Source: Octopus bimaculoides (lineage: Eukaryota). From it: a stretch of 64,000 bases of DNA. The translations under genes and the position numbers were made by a program. The stretch lies in assembly GCF_001194135.2 (NCBI RefSeq), contig NC_068981.1, positions 159,859,939-159,923,938 of the forward strand. The letters are read 5' to 3'. Every line of letters starts with the position of its first letter. Positions within the stretch are counted from its first letter, which is position 1. Positions 1-14,600 of this stretch are shown one piece after another. Under the pieces are notes generated by a model that was not told the DNA's origin, did not search any database, and saw nothing but the letters and a program-made list of their open reading frames with translations.

Positions 1-34
<34 letters not shown>

Positions 35-398
35 TGTATACACACACACGCACACACATATATGATAGGTGCAGGTATGGCTGTATGCTTAAGAAGTTTA
101 CTTTGCAACTACATGCTTTCAGGATCAGTCCCACTGCACAGCACCTTGGGCAACTGTCTTCTACTGCAATCCAACATCAACTAATTCCTTGTGAGGGAAT
201 TTGGTAGGTACATGCACGTGTGTGTGCATCTATGTGAATTTGAGTTTGTACTTGTCCCAATTGTTTAGCAACTGCTATAGGTTTGTTCATATCCCCAGCA
301 GTTTAACCAAAAAAGACTGATAGAATAAGTACCAGGCTTCAAAGAAATAAGTGCTGGAGTTGATTTGTTCAACTAAATCCTTCAAAACAGTAGTCTAG

Positions 399-472
399 CA
401 TGTGTGTGTCTGTGTGCATGTGTGTGTCTGTGTGCATGTGTGTGTCTGTGTGCATGTGTGTGTCTGTGTGCA
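399..472. repeat. Perfect 18-bp minisatellite (catgtgtgtgtctgtgtg) x4
   Basis: Direct reading. Confidence 0.95.
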
Positions 473-1091
473 AGTGTGCAGTCGTTTTAAGCATGGCATT
501 TAAATAGGAGACCTCGTTAAGAATGTTGTTATACTGAGTTGGTAATTTTCCTGCTTTCAAAACGTCCAGATCAAACAGTTTATGGTCATTTGTTCTTCCA
601 CCAAAGAAAGTACATATGCTGGTTGAATTTACTTTTAAAATGATTGGATGTAAGTCCTACATAAATGCATGACACACTATCAGGTATTGGACGAATTACC
701 CTTTATGTAAAACCGCATGTACTATAACAAAGTACTCTATCTCTTCACAGGAAAACTTAATTTATAAACTCTGCCACCAATGGAACTCTCTATTTGCTTA
801 TTTCAAGTCATTATTAGTTAATATCAGTCAATAAATTTTACTGAAATTCACATTAATTAAAGTAAGGGAGACTACCATCTATGAATGAGTTGTCTCCCAT
901 CCAGGAGGTACCGTATAATATCTATAAATTATAAATTCCACCATGAGACTCAATAAGAATAATCCTTTGTTAGCATACAAAGCAAAGTTTTAGTGGTGCA
1001 AACAGGGAAAATAGAACTCAAAATATGAGTATATTTATATAAGCACCAATGTAAGAAGTTCTTGGTTTTTTAGTTATTCTGTTGCTTCTGC

Positions 1092-1147
<56 letters not shown>

Positions 1148-2114
1148 GTGAAAATACATTACTGCTCTAACCTTTAGAGAGTACTTCTTTTTCGGATATA
1201 TGATCCACTGATGATCAATATGTATACAAATATATGTGCATGTATATATATATATATATATATATATATTGTAATCAACATCCTCATTGTCATTACCATC
1301 ACCATTTTTATATTCATATTTCTATACTTGCATGGATTGGATGGATCTTTTCCAATCCAACATCTCACTGTTTGTTACTTTCCTTTGTCATCTTGTTTGT
1401 GTGGTTCAACATTTTCAGATCAGCTTTACCACTTCTGCCCATATCTTCCTCAAACTTCTGCAATTTCATTCCATTTGATCATCCTGAACCTTCTTTATCT
1501 ATCTGCTGTCATCCTTACACATTATATGTCTCTCTCCACGCAATTATTTCTCTTCCACACTAGCCCTGATTCTGCTTATATCCAGTTTATCTCGTAGCTT
1601 ACCTGTCCCACATTGCTCATGCACACAAATATTACAAATGGGACCTTCATTCCTCTCCAATGATTGATCATCTGCATTCAGTGCTCATATCTCATTACAA
1701 TGGTGTATATGTATATATATATATGTATGTGTGTGTGTGTGTATATATATATCTATATATATATTGGCGTATGTATGTGTGTGTATGTGTGTGTATTGGT
1801 GTGTGTGTATATATATATATTACACACATACACCAGGAAGTCGATTGTTATGGCTGGTCAAATAGTGATCATTAGTTTCATATAAAGAGTATTGCCATAT
1901 AGGTGACTCATCAAACTCAAATGGCCATAGGCACATAACCTCTCATAACCTCTCTACAACAATCAACTTACCCACAGAATATATTACTGCTCTAATGTTT
2001 TACAGTGTGCTTCTGTTTTGGATATATGAACTACTAACAATATATATATATATCGCTGGTAAAACATAAATCCAGAAAAAAAGCACACTAGTTTATAGAG
2101 CAGTATATTAAATA

Positions 2115-2731
2115 AAGTCAGATAAGACTGGTTTATGGGATTACTCTGGGTTTCCCGCCCATAAAGCATTTTGCTTTATGGCACATTATCAGATCCCAAA
2201 CCTGTTGGCTTATGGCCTCTCTAGTGAGTGGCATCTCTAGAAAATGGAGGAGGAAAGGACCTCACTACTCAGTCATTAGCCAGCCATGTATGGCAGTTGG
2301 AGGACAATGGGATTCCACACACAATATCATAGAGAATCCTAGAAAATCCAGGTTCCTACATAAGCAGGACCAAGCGTTGTAAACTGTCCATAGCGGAATG
2401 GGTGAGGATACTAAAGGACTCCCACAACCCGGGGAACATGCTTGATTCCAGAGTGGAGGTCTTAGGGCCATGCTTGCTTTCCAGGAAATTCCTGCTGGCC
2501 CATTGGACCCCACAAAATAATATGGTCACTTACAATCGATAGTTGAAGGGAGACAATCCCCTGTTGTTGACATTGAGTAGCGAGGTCCTTTCCTTCTCCA
2601 TGTTCTAGAGAGACTGCTTACTAAAGATGCTATAAGCCAACAGGTTTTGGGATCTGAGGATACACCGTAATGCTGAATGCTTTAATGACATAAAATCCAG
2701 GGTAATCCCATAAACTGGCCTTATCTAACTT
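2115..2731. mobile_element. Non-autonomous foldback/MITE-like element with ~157-bp imperfect terminal inverted repeats
   Basis: 2115-2271 is the reverse complement of 2574-2731 (e.g. tcagatcccaaacctgttggcttat / ataagccaacaggttttgggatctga); TA flanks both ends (2113-2114, 2732-2733); no coding capacity. Confidence 0.8.
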
Positions 2732-2874
2732 TATGTATGTGTGTGTGCTTACAAACATATATAATTACACAATATACATAAGTATATCTATCTATCTATC
2801 TATCTATCTACCTATCTATCCATCTATTTATCTATCAATCTATCTATCTACCTTTCTCTCTACCTATTTATCTG

Positions 2875-2913
<39 letters not shown>

Positions 2914-5900
2914 GTCTGTCTGTCTATGTGTGTACATGTGATCAGGTAGTTGCATCGTTGTTTGTGGATTCTCACAATAGTATAAATTTCATGACAGTAG
3001 AAGAATATCAACTGGCTGACATATCATGCAATATCTCATTGAAACCAAAATCCGTAAGAACTATCGATTAATACCTTCTGAATTGATGCTGTCCATACAA
3101 TAGAAATGTACAGAGATGGTATAAAGAGCATTAAAAGTGTTATTATTCTTTTCCACCATTTATTTGTGCAGATTGTGTTTCCTTTCAATAGCAAACATCA
3201 AAATAGAGAGGCAATGTCTATTATTTGTCAAAGCTGACCCACATATTGCTTTACCAAAATATTCCACCATGTCAAAAATGAAATATATAAATCACATCAA
3301 AGTGTACTATTAGTTCAGTAACAAGCATTTAATGTATGATTCTTTTTCTTTGTTACTTGTGTTGTATGTTATATTATTTACTTATGGTAATTATTATAAT
3401 TAAATTTTCTGTGTTAAAATGACTTTCTAGGATTTTAGGCATCAGTGGGGGTGATGCCAAACATTTTAAAATTAGAGTGTGCCATGTTTTGAGAAAGGTT
3501 GAGAACTTCAGTTATATACAAATGGGTACATTGAAAGAAATAACCTACATTACATAAAGTAGCTCATGAAAAATATAAGTAACCATCATTGTTTTTGATT
3601 TGCGTACATTTTATCCAATATTACTGCATATACGTGCACATTTGTGTGTATGTGCAAAGGTGTGTGTGTGTGTGTGTGTGTGTGTGTTTATAAATTCAGG
3701 TATTTTTATTCATCATCATTTTAATATCTAGTTTACCTTGCTTGCATGGCTCAAATGAGACAATGTTGAAGCAAAACTTTCTACACCAATATGCCCTGCT
3801 TGACATCAACCTTCACTTGTTTCCAAGTAAAGGAATAATCTCCAAGTCTGTTGAATAATGAATAGTTTGGAGATGATTATTCAGAGAAATTGAAACAAAT
3901 GACACTGTTTTTGTATGAATGGTGAGCCTTTTGTTTATAAAGGATACACATGAAAAGGAGAAGAAATACAAACTTACACACACTATGCTGCAGGCCAACC
4001 AAAACCTTGTGAGTGGATCTGGTAGATGGAAACTGAAAGAGGCCTGTCATATATATATATATATATATATGCATAGTAGATAAAAAATATAAATATAAAG
4101 TCCTTGGTACAGTATTATATATTTGAAAAAAGGAATAACTTACGAACAACAAATTGTTGAAGTGGAAAAATTATAAGAAAAGCCATTTCTATTCATTTTT
4201 TCAAATATGTATATATCAAATTGAGGGAATGGAGCAGGAAAACAATCTAGGCTACATATGGTTCCTAGCTAGTAGAATCTCAGAAGTAATAATTACTCAA
4301 TGAAGGGGTACTCCACTAGCTATTCCTCAGGCTGAAGATACCTTACTTAAAGAAGGTTACCTTGTCATCAAGGGATCCCAAGTTAACTCACCAGAGATGT
4401 AATTTAAAACGAGTGGTGAAGCTGGAAGAATGGAGTGAATAAAGAAAATAGAAAAACATCTGTATGAAAAAGTTAAATAGTCAGTAGTAGAAAAGAAGAA
4501 GGATGTCAAAGAAATGGGAGTGAGCAATTGTCTAAAGTCGTTAAGGATAAAGAAAAGGAGATGGGGAAAAAGGAGAATTTTAGGTTAGACTGAAGCTGAC
4601 TGAGGGGAAGGTCGATGTGGATATTAACTTGGAGTCTTTTTACTATGTCAACAGTAAGTAAATATATTGTTGCACCCATGTATATATTATACAGAATCAA
4701 AAGTAAAGAAAAGAATTTTTAGAAGTGAAATTGTTAGGAATGAGAAAAAAGGAAAAGAGGTCAAATATGTAGAAGTGCAAGTAAGGTGGATTTGCTAGGA
4801 GAGAAGAAGAGAGGAGGTGTGTGTATATTTGTGTCTCCTGGTCTTGCTCAACATTGTGTGATTGTTGTAATATTCTACAAAAATATCTCTGGACTATGTT
4901 TAAATATTACCTTTTTTTGGAAACAGGTAAGGATTAATGACAGGAGGGGCATCCAACCATAGAAAAAGCTACCTCAATAAACGCTGTCTGAGCCAAGCAA
5001 GCATAGAAAAGTGGAAATTAAAATGGTGATGATGATGATGATGATGATGATGAAGAAGAAGATTATGATGAAGTTACAAAAAACAAAAATGAACTGAATA
5101 TTAATTTGGTTTCCAAATATAAAAAAGACTGAAAGAAAGTATTGTTTTATATAGGGCTAGATTGTGATGATTCCTCAACAAATAATTTGTTACTTCAGCA
5201 AGTACCTAGCTTGTTTTAGATTCATACTTCTGAAAGTTATAAATTATAAAGTTTAGCTTTAACTTTCTCCACCCTTAAATGTAACCTCTCCTTGAATTTT
5301 ATTTTACTCATGATTACAGTAAAGTCCATGTAATATTCAAGAAAATACTTTGGTTGATACTGCACCTTGCAAAAAATGGAGTGCCACGAACTAAACAACA
5401 ACAAAAAAATGTAAAAACAAAGAAAATTTACATATAAAAGAATTATTTTTGAATATATTTTAATTGGAGGAATAACATGTAAAAAGGTAAGTATAGAAGC
5501 AAAATGATATCACAGTATTAAAAATAAACAAAGAAAACAGTATGGAAATTTGTTTACACATGCAAAGTCAGAAAACTGATATTTGATATTAAAAATATAT
5601 AAAAAGAACTATAATATAGTAACTATAGATAAAATATGAAACAGTTTCCCATGTAATTCAGTTGATGTCATGATTATGATTTCAAATCTAGAGCCAGCTT
5701 AACTTACATAGCCACAGTTTCCCATTTGAATTTTTTTTTTTTTTCCGTTTGTAATTTAAGTAAAATTGATAATCTGAGCATTTTATTAATACCCAGTGTC
5801 ACATTACTCAGATACAAAATTTCAGCTCTGGGAGTTCAACCAGTAACCAATAAAAAGAGAACTTACACACATATACTCACACACATACTCACACAATTTA

Positions 5901-8900
5901 TTTAATTCATAAGATAAATATAATATTTATCAAAAGAAAACAATTCAATATTTGATGAAGAGAAGGGGCTATTCACATTAGTCTTGGCAAAGCATGTTTG
6001 CTCCATATTGATGACAATATTAAAATAGACACAATAAGCTAAGAAAAATATAGTCCATTAATCCATTTTATATTTTCATAGGATTTTGCCCTAGTTGATT
6101 AACATCTATTTTCATAAATTCCAACTTATTTAGATACAAAATAATTCAAGTGTTTGAATTTTTTTTCAAATCAAAGCTAAATGCATTTTCAATAGTTTCC
6201 AAAAAGTTGGAAATAAGATGGAAAACAATTACAGAAAATAAATGAAAATATATAATTGCTCGAAACTGAAAATAAAAAGCTATTTTCAAAATATAATTAT
6301 AGTTTCAACATACAAAATATATTTAAAAGTACATTACTGATGAGATAACCTAATACATGACAGCAGATTGAAAAGTAGTGCCTCCTATAATATAAACTTA
6401 AATTGATATAATATCAATGACAGACAAAAGGTTTGAAGAGAATTCATTTGTTGTTGCAAAGTTGCCTTTATGCATTATGGTCAGAGTAAAGATTCAAATT
6501 CTTTGGACAGAAGAAAATAATTTGCAAGATAGAATCAGATATAGGTTATAAGTATCATGTGATACATCAAGTTTCAGGCAGTCAGTCTACTTTGATATCT
6601 TTGAATTGCAGTGAGGTCATGTATTGTTGAGGTAAAAATGGAAATGTTACTAATTAGATACAATGCAGTGTATTTTTTGTTTGTAGCTTAGTGTTTTTCC
6701 ATACAACACAATATTATTGCATGTAAAACCCTCTTCTAAGAATTTTGCATATATTTAAGTATTTGCATTGAATATTTTGTAACTTTTTCCTATGAGCATC
6801 AGATTTCCTGCAAACAGCTGCATATTGCATTTCTCCACACATGATGACTCTTTTAGTCAGTCTTTTATTGAATGGCACTGCTCTTTTGAATCACTATGAT
6901 GGACTTAAATTTCATAATGTGAACGTTTTATACTTAACATCACAACTTCCTTTATAATAATTATCATTTAAACAATATGTTACACATCTAAAACTTCCTC
7001 AGCTTGCACCAACAGTGCTCATAACATTTGATACATTAGACCATTTTTCGATAGTCCATGCTTGAATACTTTCTCATACTACTTAATTTGAAAATTAATT
7101 TATGAACTAAATATTGATGTTTGTCATCTGCTACTATTTAAAAGCTCTCCAATTTTTTGTTGCTATGAAATAACTAATTGACTGCACTTATACAATAAAA
7201 AATTCTTAAACACACGTTTTCATGTGTTGTATATGACTATTCTCTCTTCCCCATATACCACATATAAATGTTAATTTATGATATTTCAATGGACATGTAG
7301 TTTCCAGGCAAAAAAAAAAAAAATTAATTACATCATATTGTTTCCAATGATATAAAAATACTCAACCAAGTGCCACTTGCAACAACAACAACAACAACAA
7401 AGAATGAATTTCACAGTTGCTTATTCTGAATAGACTGACAACACTTTATGTAGTCTTCTATTCCAACTTCACAGAAGTCAGAGGCACTACTTTACAGATA
7501 GCTATCATAATTTCTAAATGGTAACAGTAACAAAACCAAATTACATTTGTTGTCCTGTTTAATACCATTTTTAAAAGAATTTTTAACCTGCATTATTATA
7601 ATAAATCAAATGGTACTTTACATCAACCTCATAAATTGACACAAAATAGCAAAGTTAAAAATTTTTTAAGAAAAAATATTTTAAGGATTTAGTGTCAAAA
7701 ATCTCTCATATAATAATTAGTTAATAGATTTGATTGAACAATGTGATCTAACAAGTATTTTTTAAAAAGTGACTAAAAATGCATTATAAATATATGTTCT
7801 ATTTCTTAAAGTAATTAGCTGCTTGAGCAATTTTTCTTTTTTTTTCTTTTAATTTACCATTAATATCTTTAGCATAACAAGGAAATTTGTAAAGTTACAG
7901 AATAGACAAATTTGGTTTTGAAAAATATTTACAAAACGGTTTGTATAATGTATTTCTTAATTCTCATGAAAAATGCAAATGAAAAATTTGTTGATCAAAT
8001 AAGAAAATTTTATTTTTACGATTAAAAAAATATTTAATTAGAAACTTAAAAATTATTTACATGATGCTATTAGCTAATAGAAACAAGACTGTTAAATTTT
8101 AAAATTTCTTTTGAATAAAATTACCAACTAATTATTTTAAAGTACTAAGAAATATCAATTGTTAGTCCAAAGAGAAGCAGATATTAAGGTATGTATTACA
8201 ACACTAATTTTAAGAGACTAATGACCAGGCTTATAGAGAACAAATGCTAACAGAGAAATAAATATCTTGAGCTTCCATTTTAAATATCTAACGTAAGAAT
8301 CTCAAGCAAACATCAATTTGTTTTTGTCATTTTTCTTTTTTTTTTATTGAAGAAAATTAGATCATATCAACAATTAGATCAAAATTAACAGTTTCATAAC
8401 ACTTTTTTTACAACATTTTTTCAGGAACAGAATAAAACCCAAACTATACCAAATGTAATATTTAATGTAACATATAACAAAAGATTAAAAAACCAATGAT
8501 AAGGTTTCACTGGTTATGATTTCAGCAGCATACTTCTATAGACAAAATTAACAGGGACATTTAAATAACAATTTAAATTATTATTGTCATATTACTGTTC
8601 ATCTTTTCTTTGCTTTATATTTTTTAGGTTTAACTTTTTTCTTAATGCATTTCTTTCCATTTTTTATTTTTGTTTTGTTTTGCTTTGTTTGTTTATATGA
8701 TTACATTGAAAATGTTTCTGGAAAGTAAGTCATTTAAAAATATATATTTACCAATGATAGAAAATGATGATGTAAATAAATAAAAATGAATTTGAAACAA
8801 AACATGATTAAAACAAAACAATAGTTTTGAAAAGAAAATAATATTACAGTATATAAGTATAATAAATCTATAAATATTTCTTACAAAAGATGCTCAGAAA

Positions 8901-9341
8901 TCATTTATAAATTGTAAAACAATAGCATATAATAGATTTACAACACAGACCAAACTAAACTGGTTACTTAATTCTCTACAAATTCATTTTAGCTCAAATT
9001 ATGATTCCTTTGGACATTAAGTGGGCATAGTTGTCTTTCCTAGCTTTCCTACTCTTTCACATTGCAAGAATCTCCACAGGTGTTAAATACAATCATTTTC
9101 ATATAGAATGGCAAAGAAAAACATGGACTGGTTGAGGGGTGTAAAATGATTGTCAGATTAATTAACCAGCAATATAGGACCTATGTCTGCTGTTAATACA
9201 AAAGTACTATCAGAATAACTGCTATTAATAATGTTTATTAGCCTCATAATTGATAAGAAATAATCTTGTTTCATTACTGATAATTTCAAAAGAAAAATAT
9301 ATAAGTAAAATTCAAGGACAGCAGAATAAATAGGTCTCCCA

Positions 9342-9407
<66 letters not shown>
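9342..9407. repeat. (AAT)n microsatellite; other simple repeats include (TA)n 1096-1143, (TATC)n 2785-2925, (GATA)n 18052-18112, (GAT/AAT)n 28481-28656, (TC)n(CA)n 39212-39292, (CA)n 46097-46185, (TATC/TGTC)n 57788-57940
   Basis: Direct reading. Confidence 0.95.
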
Positions 9408-9408
<1 letters not shown>

Positions 9409-11366
9409 TTGATATGACAATTTGATAATCCCTGATATGTCTGAAGATAAAGTATGACATCAAAAAACCAAATAGAGAAATTGTTGGCATGATGCTAAAG
9501 GTATTCTTTTTCATTAAATTAATTAATTAATCTTGCTGGTATTATGGTAGCTAATTATTTGTTAATAGCTAGAAACTTCTACTAAGTAATGAATAAAATA
9601 CTCTGAGTTGTGAAAAGAAAGTTATATGGTTATGACCAATGATTCCATAGCATCCTAGGAAAATTTCAAATAACCCAAGCAAAATGCATGATTGTGGAAA
9701 AATTTGAAAAAAAAAAAAAAAAATGTTTTTTATGAGTTGCTGATATTAACCCTAATTGAATTTGAACTATGATAATGGAACAAAATATTGAGAAATCAGT
9801 GATAATTTTTGTCTTATAAGGTTTCAGTAATAATCTTTATTTTCACTAAAGCATTTTATAACATGCTTTAGAATCAACATCAAAACTTTACAGAATTGTC
9901 AACTGCTTTGTTCAGTAATATCTTACTAATTTCTTTCTTCCATGATGAAATTTGAGAAAGCCTCAATTCCAAATATTTCAGAGATATTTTATGCTTATTA
10001 TGCCCAAGTTTTACTAAGGTATATTCCAGATGGATTCTAATAAAACATATATGCTTAATAACAGTATGTTATTATACATATATATATGTTTATTAACATA
10101 TATGCATAATAATATAAAGGAGATTTAATATCTCTTTTATTATATGATATTTCCTTATATAATGTATAATATATCTCCTTTATTATTTCTTTCATAACTA
10201 ACATGTTTTCAGATGTAGCTGACTACTGATTCTTCATTCAGAGTCAAATATAATTTAATATTTGGCAGGGTGCATTTAGAGTGCATTGATGGTATACACA
10301 GTTGGGTAGGTGTAGGTCAACTGAATGGATTTCAAGAGAGTTTGGGATAACACATGTTGCTATCCATGGCCAAAAATGTGTAGAGAGGACTTCAAACTGG
10401 CACCATACACAAATAAGTCCTGTATTCTACTGCTGAGTCATTGGTTAACCCAGTAATGAGAATGTCTCAAGTAAATTGTTTTTTTTTTTTAATTTATTTT
10501 TGTTTTGTCAACATTAAAAATATGTTCTTTACTTTGTATACATACAATCTATGAAACTAGTAAAGTTATTTTAGTGCTCTTTGCTGTTTCACAACTCAAA
10601 GAAATACAAAACACACCAGCAAAGTTAAATTCACTTTCTGAGTAATGATGAACTTAACTTCTACTGCAAAATTGCATTTGTATTCATGGCTTTGTCAATT
10701 AAAATACATCCACATTGCTAGCTGGAATGTTATTGCTTATTATTTACATCTAATTAATATACTGATCTACTGCTTGATTAACTAAATTTAATTATATACT
10801 ACTACAGTCACATTATTTTCTGCACTTTCTTTGCATGAAGACATTTGAAATTAAATTTTGTCTTGGATGTGCTGTTTAAAAAGGTTTGTAATTTAGTATA
10901 TATTTGTATAAAAACATAGCTTAAAAATAGAAAAAAAAAACAGAAAGGAAATGAAAAGGTAAATAATGTTTTGAACAATTTTTCACAACAATTTGTTTCG
11001 AGGTACCTAAGTAATTCTATCAAATTTTTAAATAAATTTCAGTGAAAAAAATATTAAAATTCAAAACAATATTATGTTTAATAAGTTAAATTTCTGCTTT
11101 TTGGTTTCACATTACTCCATAGACTTTTCACTGAACATCTGAAAACTTTAGGTTGTAATTTAAACAAAAATATAAAAATAATTATACAACAGCTAAGTTG
11201 TTATTTGTTGTTTGAGTAAGGTGTGAATTTGTGCTGCCGCAGAAGATCTGCCACAACATTGCTGTTGGTAGCAGTAGAGAAATAAAATAAAATAGTTTCT
11301 AAACAAAGATATTTGACAAACTAAACAAAATCAAATGTTTGAAAGATTTAGAAAATGTTTCTCATC

Positions 11367-11666
11367 TTATACAGTGATGTTCAATAGTGACGCTGTTGTA
11401 GTTGCTAGAGTTGTAGTGGACATATTCACAGTAGTTGTAGGAAGGAAGCTGTCTTCACAGTAGGGTAACTGGGCACCATGATTACATTTTGTAGCATCTT
11501 TGAAGTTCACCACAATCATAAGTGAACCAACAACAAATATCAGTAATCCAAAAATTGCAATTAGACCAGGTAGAGTATTACCCCGCGATAGTATGGGCTC
11601 TGGACGAAGTTTAATCACACACATTGAAGGGAAAATATAGGCTAAAGGACAAGCTGCTAAAATACC
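11367..11666 (-). CDS. SLC38A11: SLC38A11-like terminal coding exon [16 protein letters not shown]...[10 protein letters not shown]...LLNITV*
   Basis: ctttcag acceptor, 99 codons plus TAA at 11369-11367; last two TM helices and a Thr-rich tail. Confidence 0.92.
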   Translation of the reverse strand, partial: GILAACPLAYIFPSMCVIKLRPEPILSRGNTLPGLIAIFGLLIFVVGSLMIVVNFKDATKCNHGAQLPYCEDSFLPTTTVNMSTTTLATTTASLLNITV

Positions 11667-14600
11667 CTGAAAGAGATAGATTAATGTCATTAAGTATTTA
11701 TCATTTGAAATACAAAGCATTTATGCGTGACAAAAAGAAATCATAATTTTAACTGTGAATAGTTTGAAATTAATTATTGGTTTCTGACAATGGCACAAAG
11801 CTGTAACATTCCTTTTTGTTTGGTGAAGGAGGAATAGAAACAGTTTCTTATGAGCCAGTAGTTGATTGGTGCTTATTTTATTGGCACCAAGTGAATGAAA
11901 GATAAACCTGACCAGAACAGTATTTCACAGTGTTGACTTTGCCTAGTGCAATTGATTATGGCCTTCAACCCCCAAATTTCAGACCTTGTGCCTCTATCAC
12001 AAATAAATAATTATTAAAAGCAATCTAATTTCTATTTTGCCTTGAATCTCACAATTTAATGAGAATTCACCTGTATATGGAAATATTGTCTCACCTTCAC
12101 ACACATGCACACACATATGTACATAAAGAGTAAGAGACAAATAAATAGGCAGAGAACGAGAGAGAAAATTAGATACACATTATATGGGATCAAATATTTC
12201 AACCATGTTTTCTTAGTTTCTTTTTAACAACATGGTTGTACAACATGACTGAGAGCATTATAGAATAAGAGAAAAATTTGTGGCAAACTGAGAGACGGAA
12301 TGCAGTTTCAATTTCTGGTTAAAATTACTTCACTTCCTTTATATTTGCAATGTTCTTGGAAAAGAACATTATGCGTTATGTTCCAGATTGCCTAAAATTA
12401 AAGGTATAGTTAAAATAATCCACTATTTGCATTATCCATCAATAAAAGAATCCCCCTAACCTATTTATCCAGTCCTTGCTTTCTGATATTTAGTGGAGGG
12501 TGCAAGCATGCAGACATGGCTGTGTGATTAAGAAATTTGCTTTGCAACCACATGATTCCAAATTCAATTTCACTGTGCAGCACCTTAGGCATGTGCATTT
12601 TGCCATAGTTTCAGTTTAACACCAATGCCTTTTGAATGGAGTTGATGTTTTAAAATGCCAAACATTTTCATTACTAAAATTATTAAAAAAATACAAATAT
12701 CTCTCAATCCCGTGAAGAACTCATATTTTACTCTGATTTCATAGTGTAAATTAGATGGAAAACAACTTCATGTTGGATAAGATACAAGTCTATCAAAGTT
12801 AACATTTCTATGAGCAAGATAAACTGAGGTTAGAAGAGAGAATTCTGTTAAAAAGTTCCAATAATATAACTATAAGAGACATGAACTCATGATGTTATCA
12901 TTCTCAAATGCAGTGCCTTATCCATTCAACAATTTCACTTCTACAAGTGATTTCATATTTTTTCAATATAAATTATTGAGAATTTCTATTGCAACTTACA
13001 TTTAATGCTAAAACAATTCCTAAACATTCTGTTGTCATTGAAATAGCTCCAGTGAAACCAACCAAAACTGCTGTAAGTAGCACATGTTTCCAGAGGCAAA
13101 GTTCTTCAGTCAGTCCAAGAAACAAATTTTGAACAACCTGAAATATAAACCACAATCAAATACAAAGATTTTCTAGAAATATTAAAGTAATGCTAGAACT
13201 TGGGAACCTACTGCTGAAATTAAAACAGATTTTGCAATGATAAGACTATGTGAAAAAATGTTACAGGAAAAAATTACAAGAGAGATTCTTCAAGCTGAGC
13301 CATCTAGCAGGAGACCAAGGAGTAGATCATAAACAAGATGGTTGGATAATATCCATGGTTTCAGTTGGTCATGCTTGGAAATTCAGTCAAAAGGTCTAAT
13401 GATGATTGCTTCTTATAAGGCCTTATGGAGGAGGTGCCTGAGGACTCTACTCCCCATAACCTTCTCAGGAATAGTGGTTGGAGAAGATTGATCGATGGAT
13501 GGAATTTCTGGCTTAACTTACCAAACTGTTCATTATATTACTCATGCAGATGACTTGGAAGATAAGCTTCATTAACCCATTAAAATTAAGTCTATGACGT
13601 GTGAATTATCATTATATGCTACATAGATTATTATTGCTGCTTAAATTACCACTCCACTATTTTACCTTTTTTATATGTTAAATTGTACTGTGAGCAACTT
13701 GGTTTTTAGAATAGGTACCCCTATATGCCTGTATGTCATAAAAGAAGACTAAAAGAGTTGGCATCAGGAAGGGCATCTAGCTATAAAACACTGCCTCAGA
13801 AACAGTTATCCAACTCATGCCAACATGGAAAAGTAGATGTAAAAACAACAAGGCTACCAACACCACCACTACCAATGCTGATGACAATGCAAGTACATGG
13901 TTTGCCAAACTCTTGTTTTCTTCAAGTATATGTTAATCTTTATCTCCTGTCGAGGATTTGAATATAATGTAATATTACTTACTAGATATTGTCTAGATAT
14001 TGATTTTTCTTCTACAGATAGTCAAAGTTTCAGACTTATAGAGGAAGGAGAATGAGATTAAAAGATATTTTTCAGTGGTATTGGCAATGAAATAGAAATG
14101 AAATAGTTATCAGAAGTGAGTCACATACTTAGATAGCTGGGAGCTATTTTAAATTTGTAGTTATAATTTATTAACTATTCATATCAATAAACTACGTCCC
14201 TTTTAATCAAATGCTGTTTCTAACAATAATTCCATTAAATTTCTCTGATTCGTTTATTAGTTAGATATCAGATCTTTTTGTTAAAGAGTACTCAGCTTTA
14301 GCATAGACAATACAACTAGTTAGTTCTTGGAACTCTAAATCCACAAGTCCTGATTTTATTTGTAGTTGAGACCATTATGTTTCACCCTTAAGAGAGACAT
14401 AAGCATCACACAATCTCATTTAGATAATTAAAAATGTTTCTTAAATGTGGCACTGTCACTAAATTATGCAAGGCATATATCAGGTATGGGCTAAATATAT
14501 TGAGGAAAGAAGTATAATGAGATGATGTAATCTCCTTACATAACTGTTGATGAACAAACAATTTTTTGTGAGTTTGTATTAGTGGAATGTGATAGTTTGG

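Noticed and set aside
6338-6380. CTGATGA...GAAA in the putative 3' UTR
   Set aside because: No stem II closing pair, stem III or NUH; expected by chance in AT-rich DNA.
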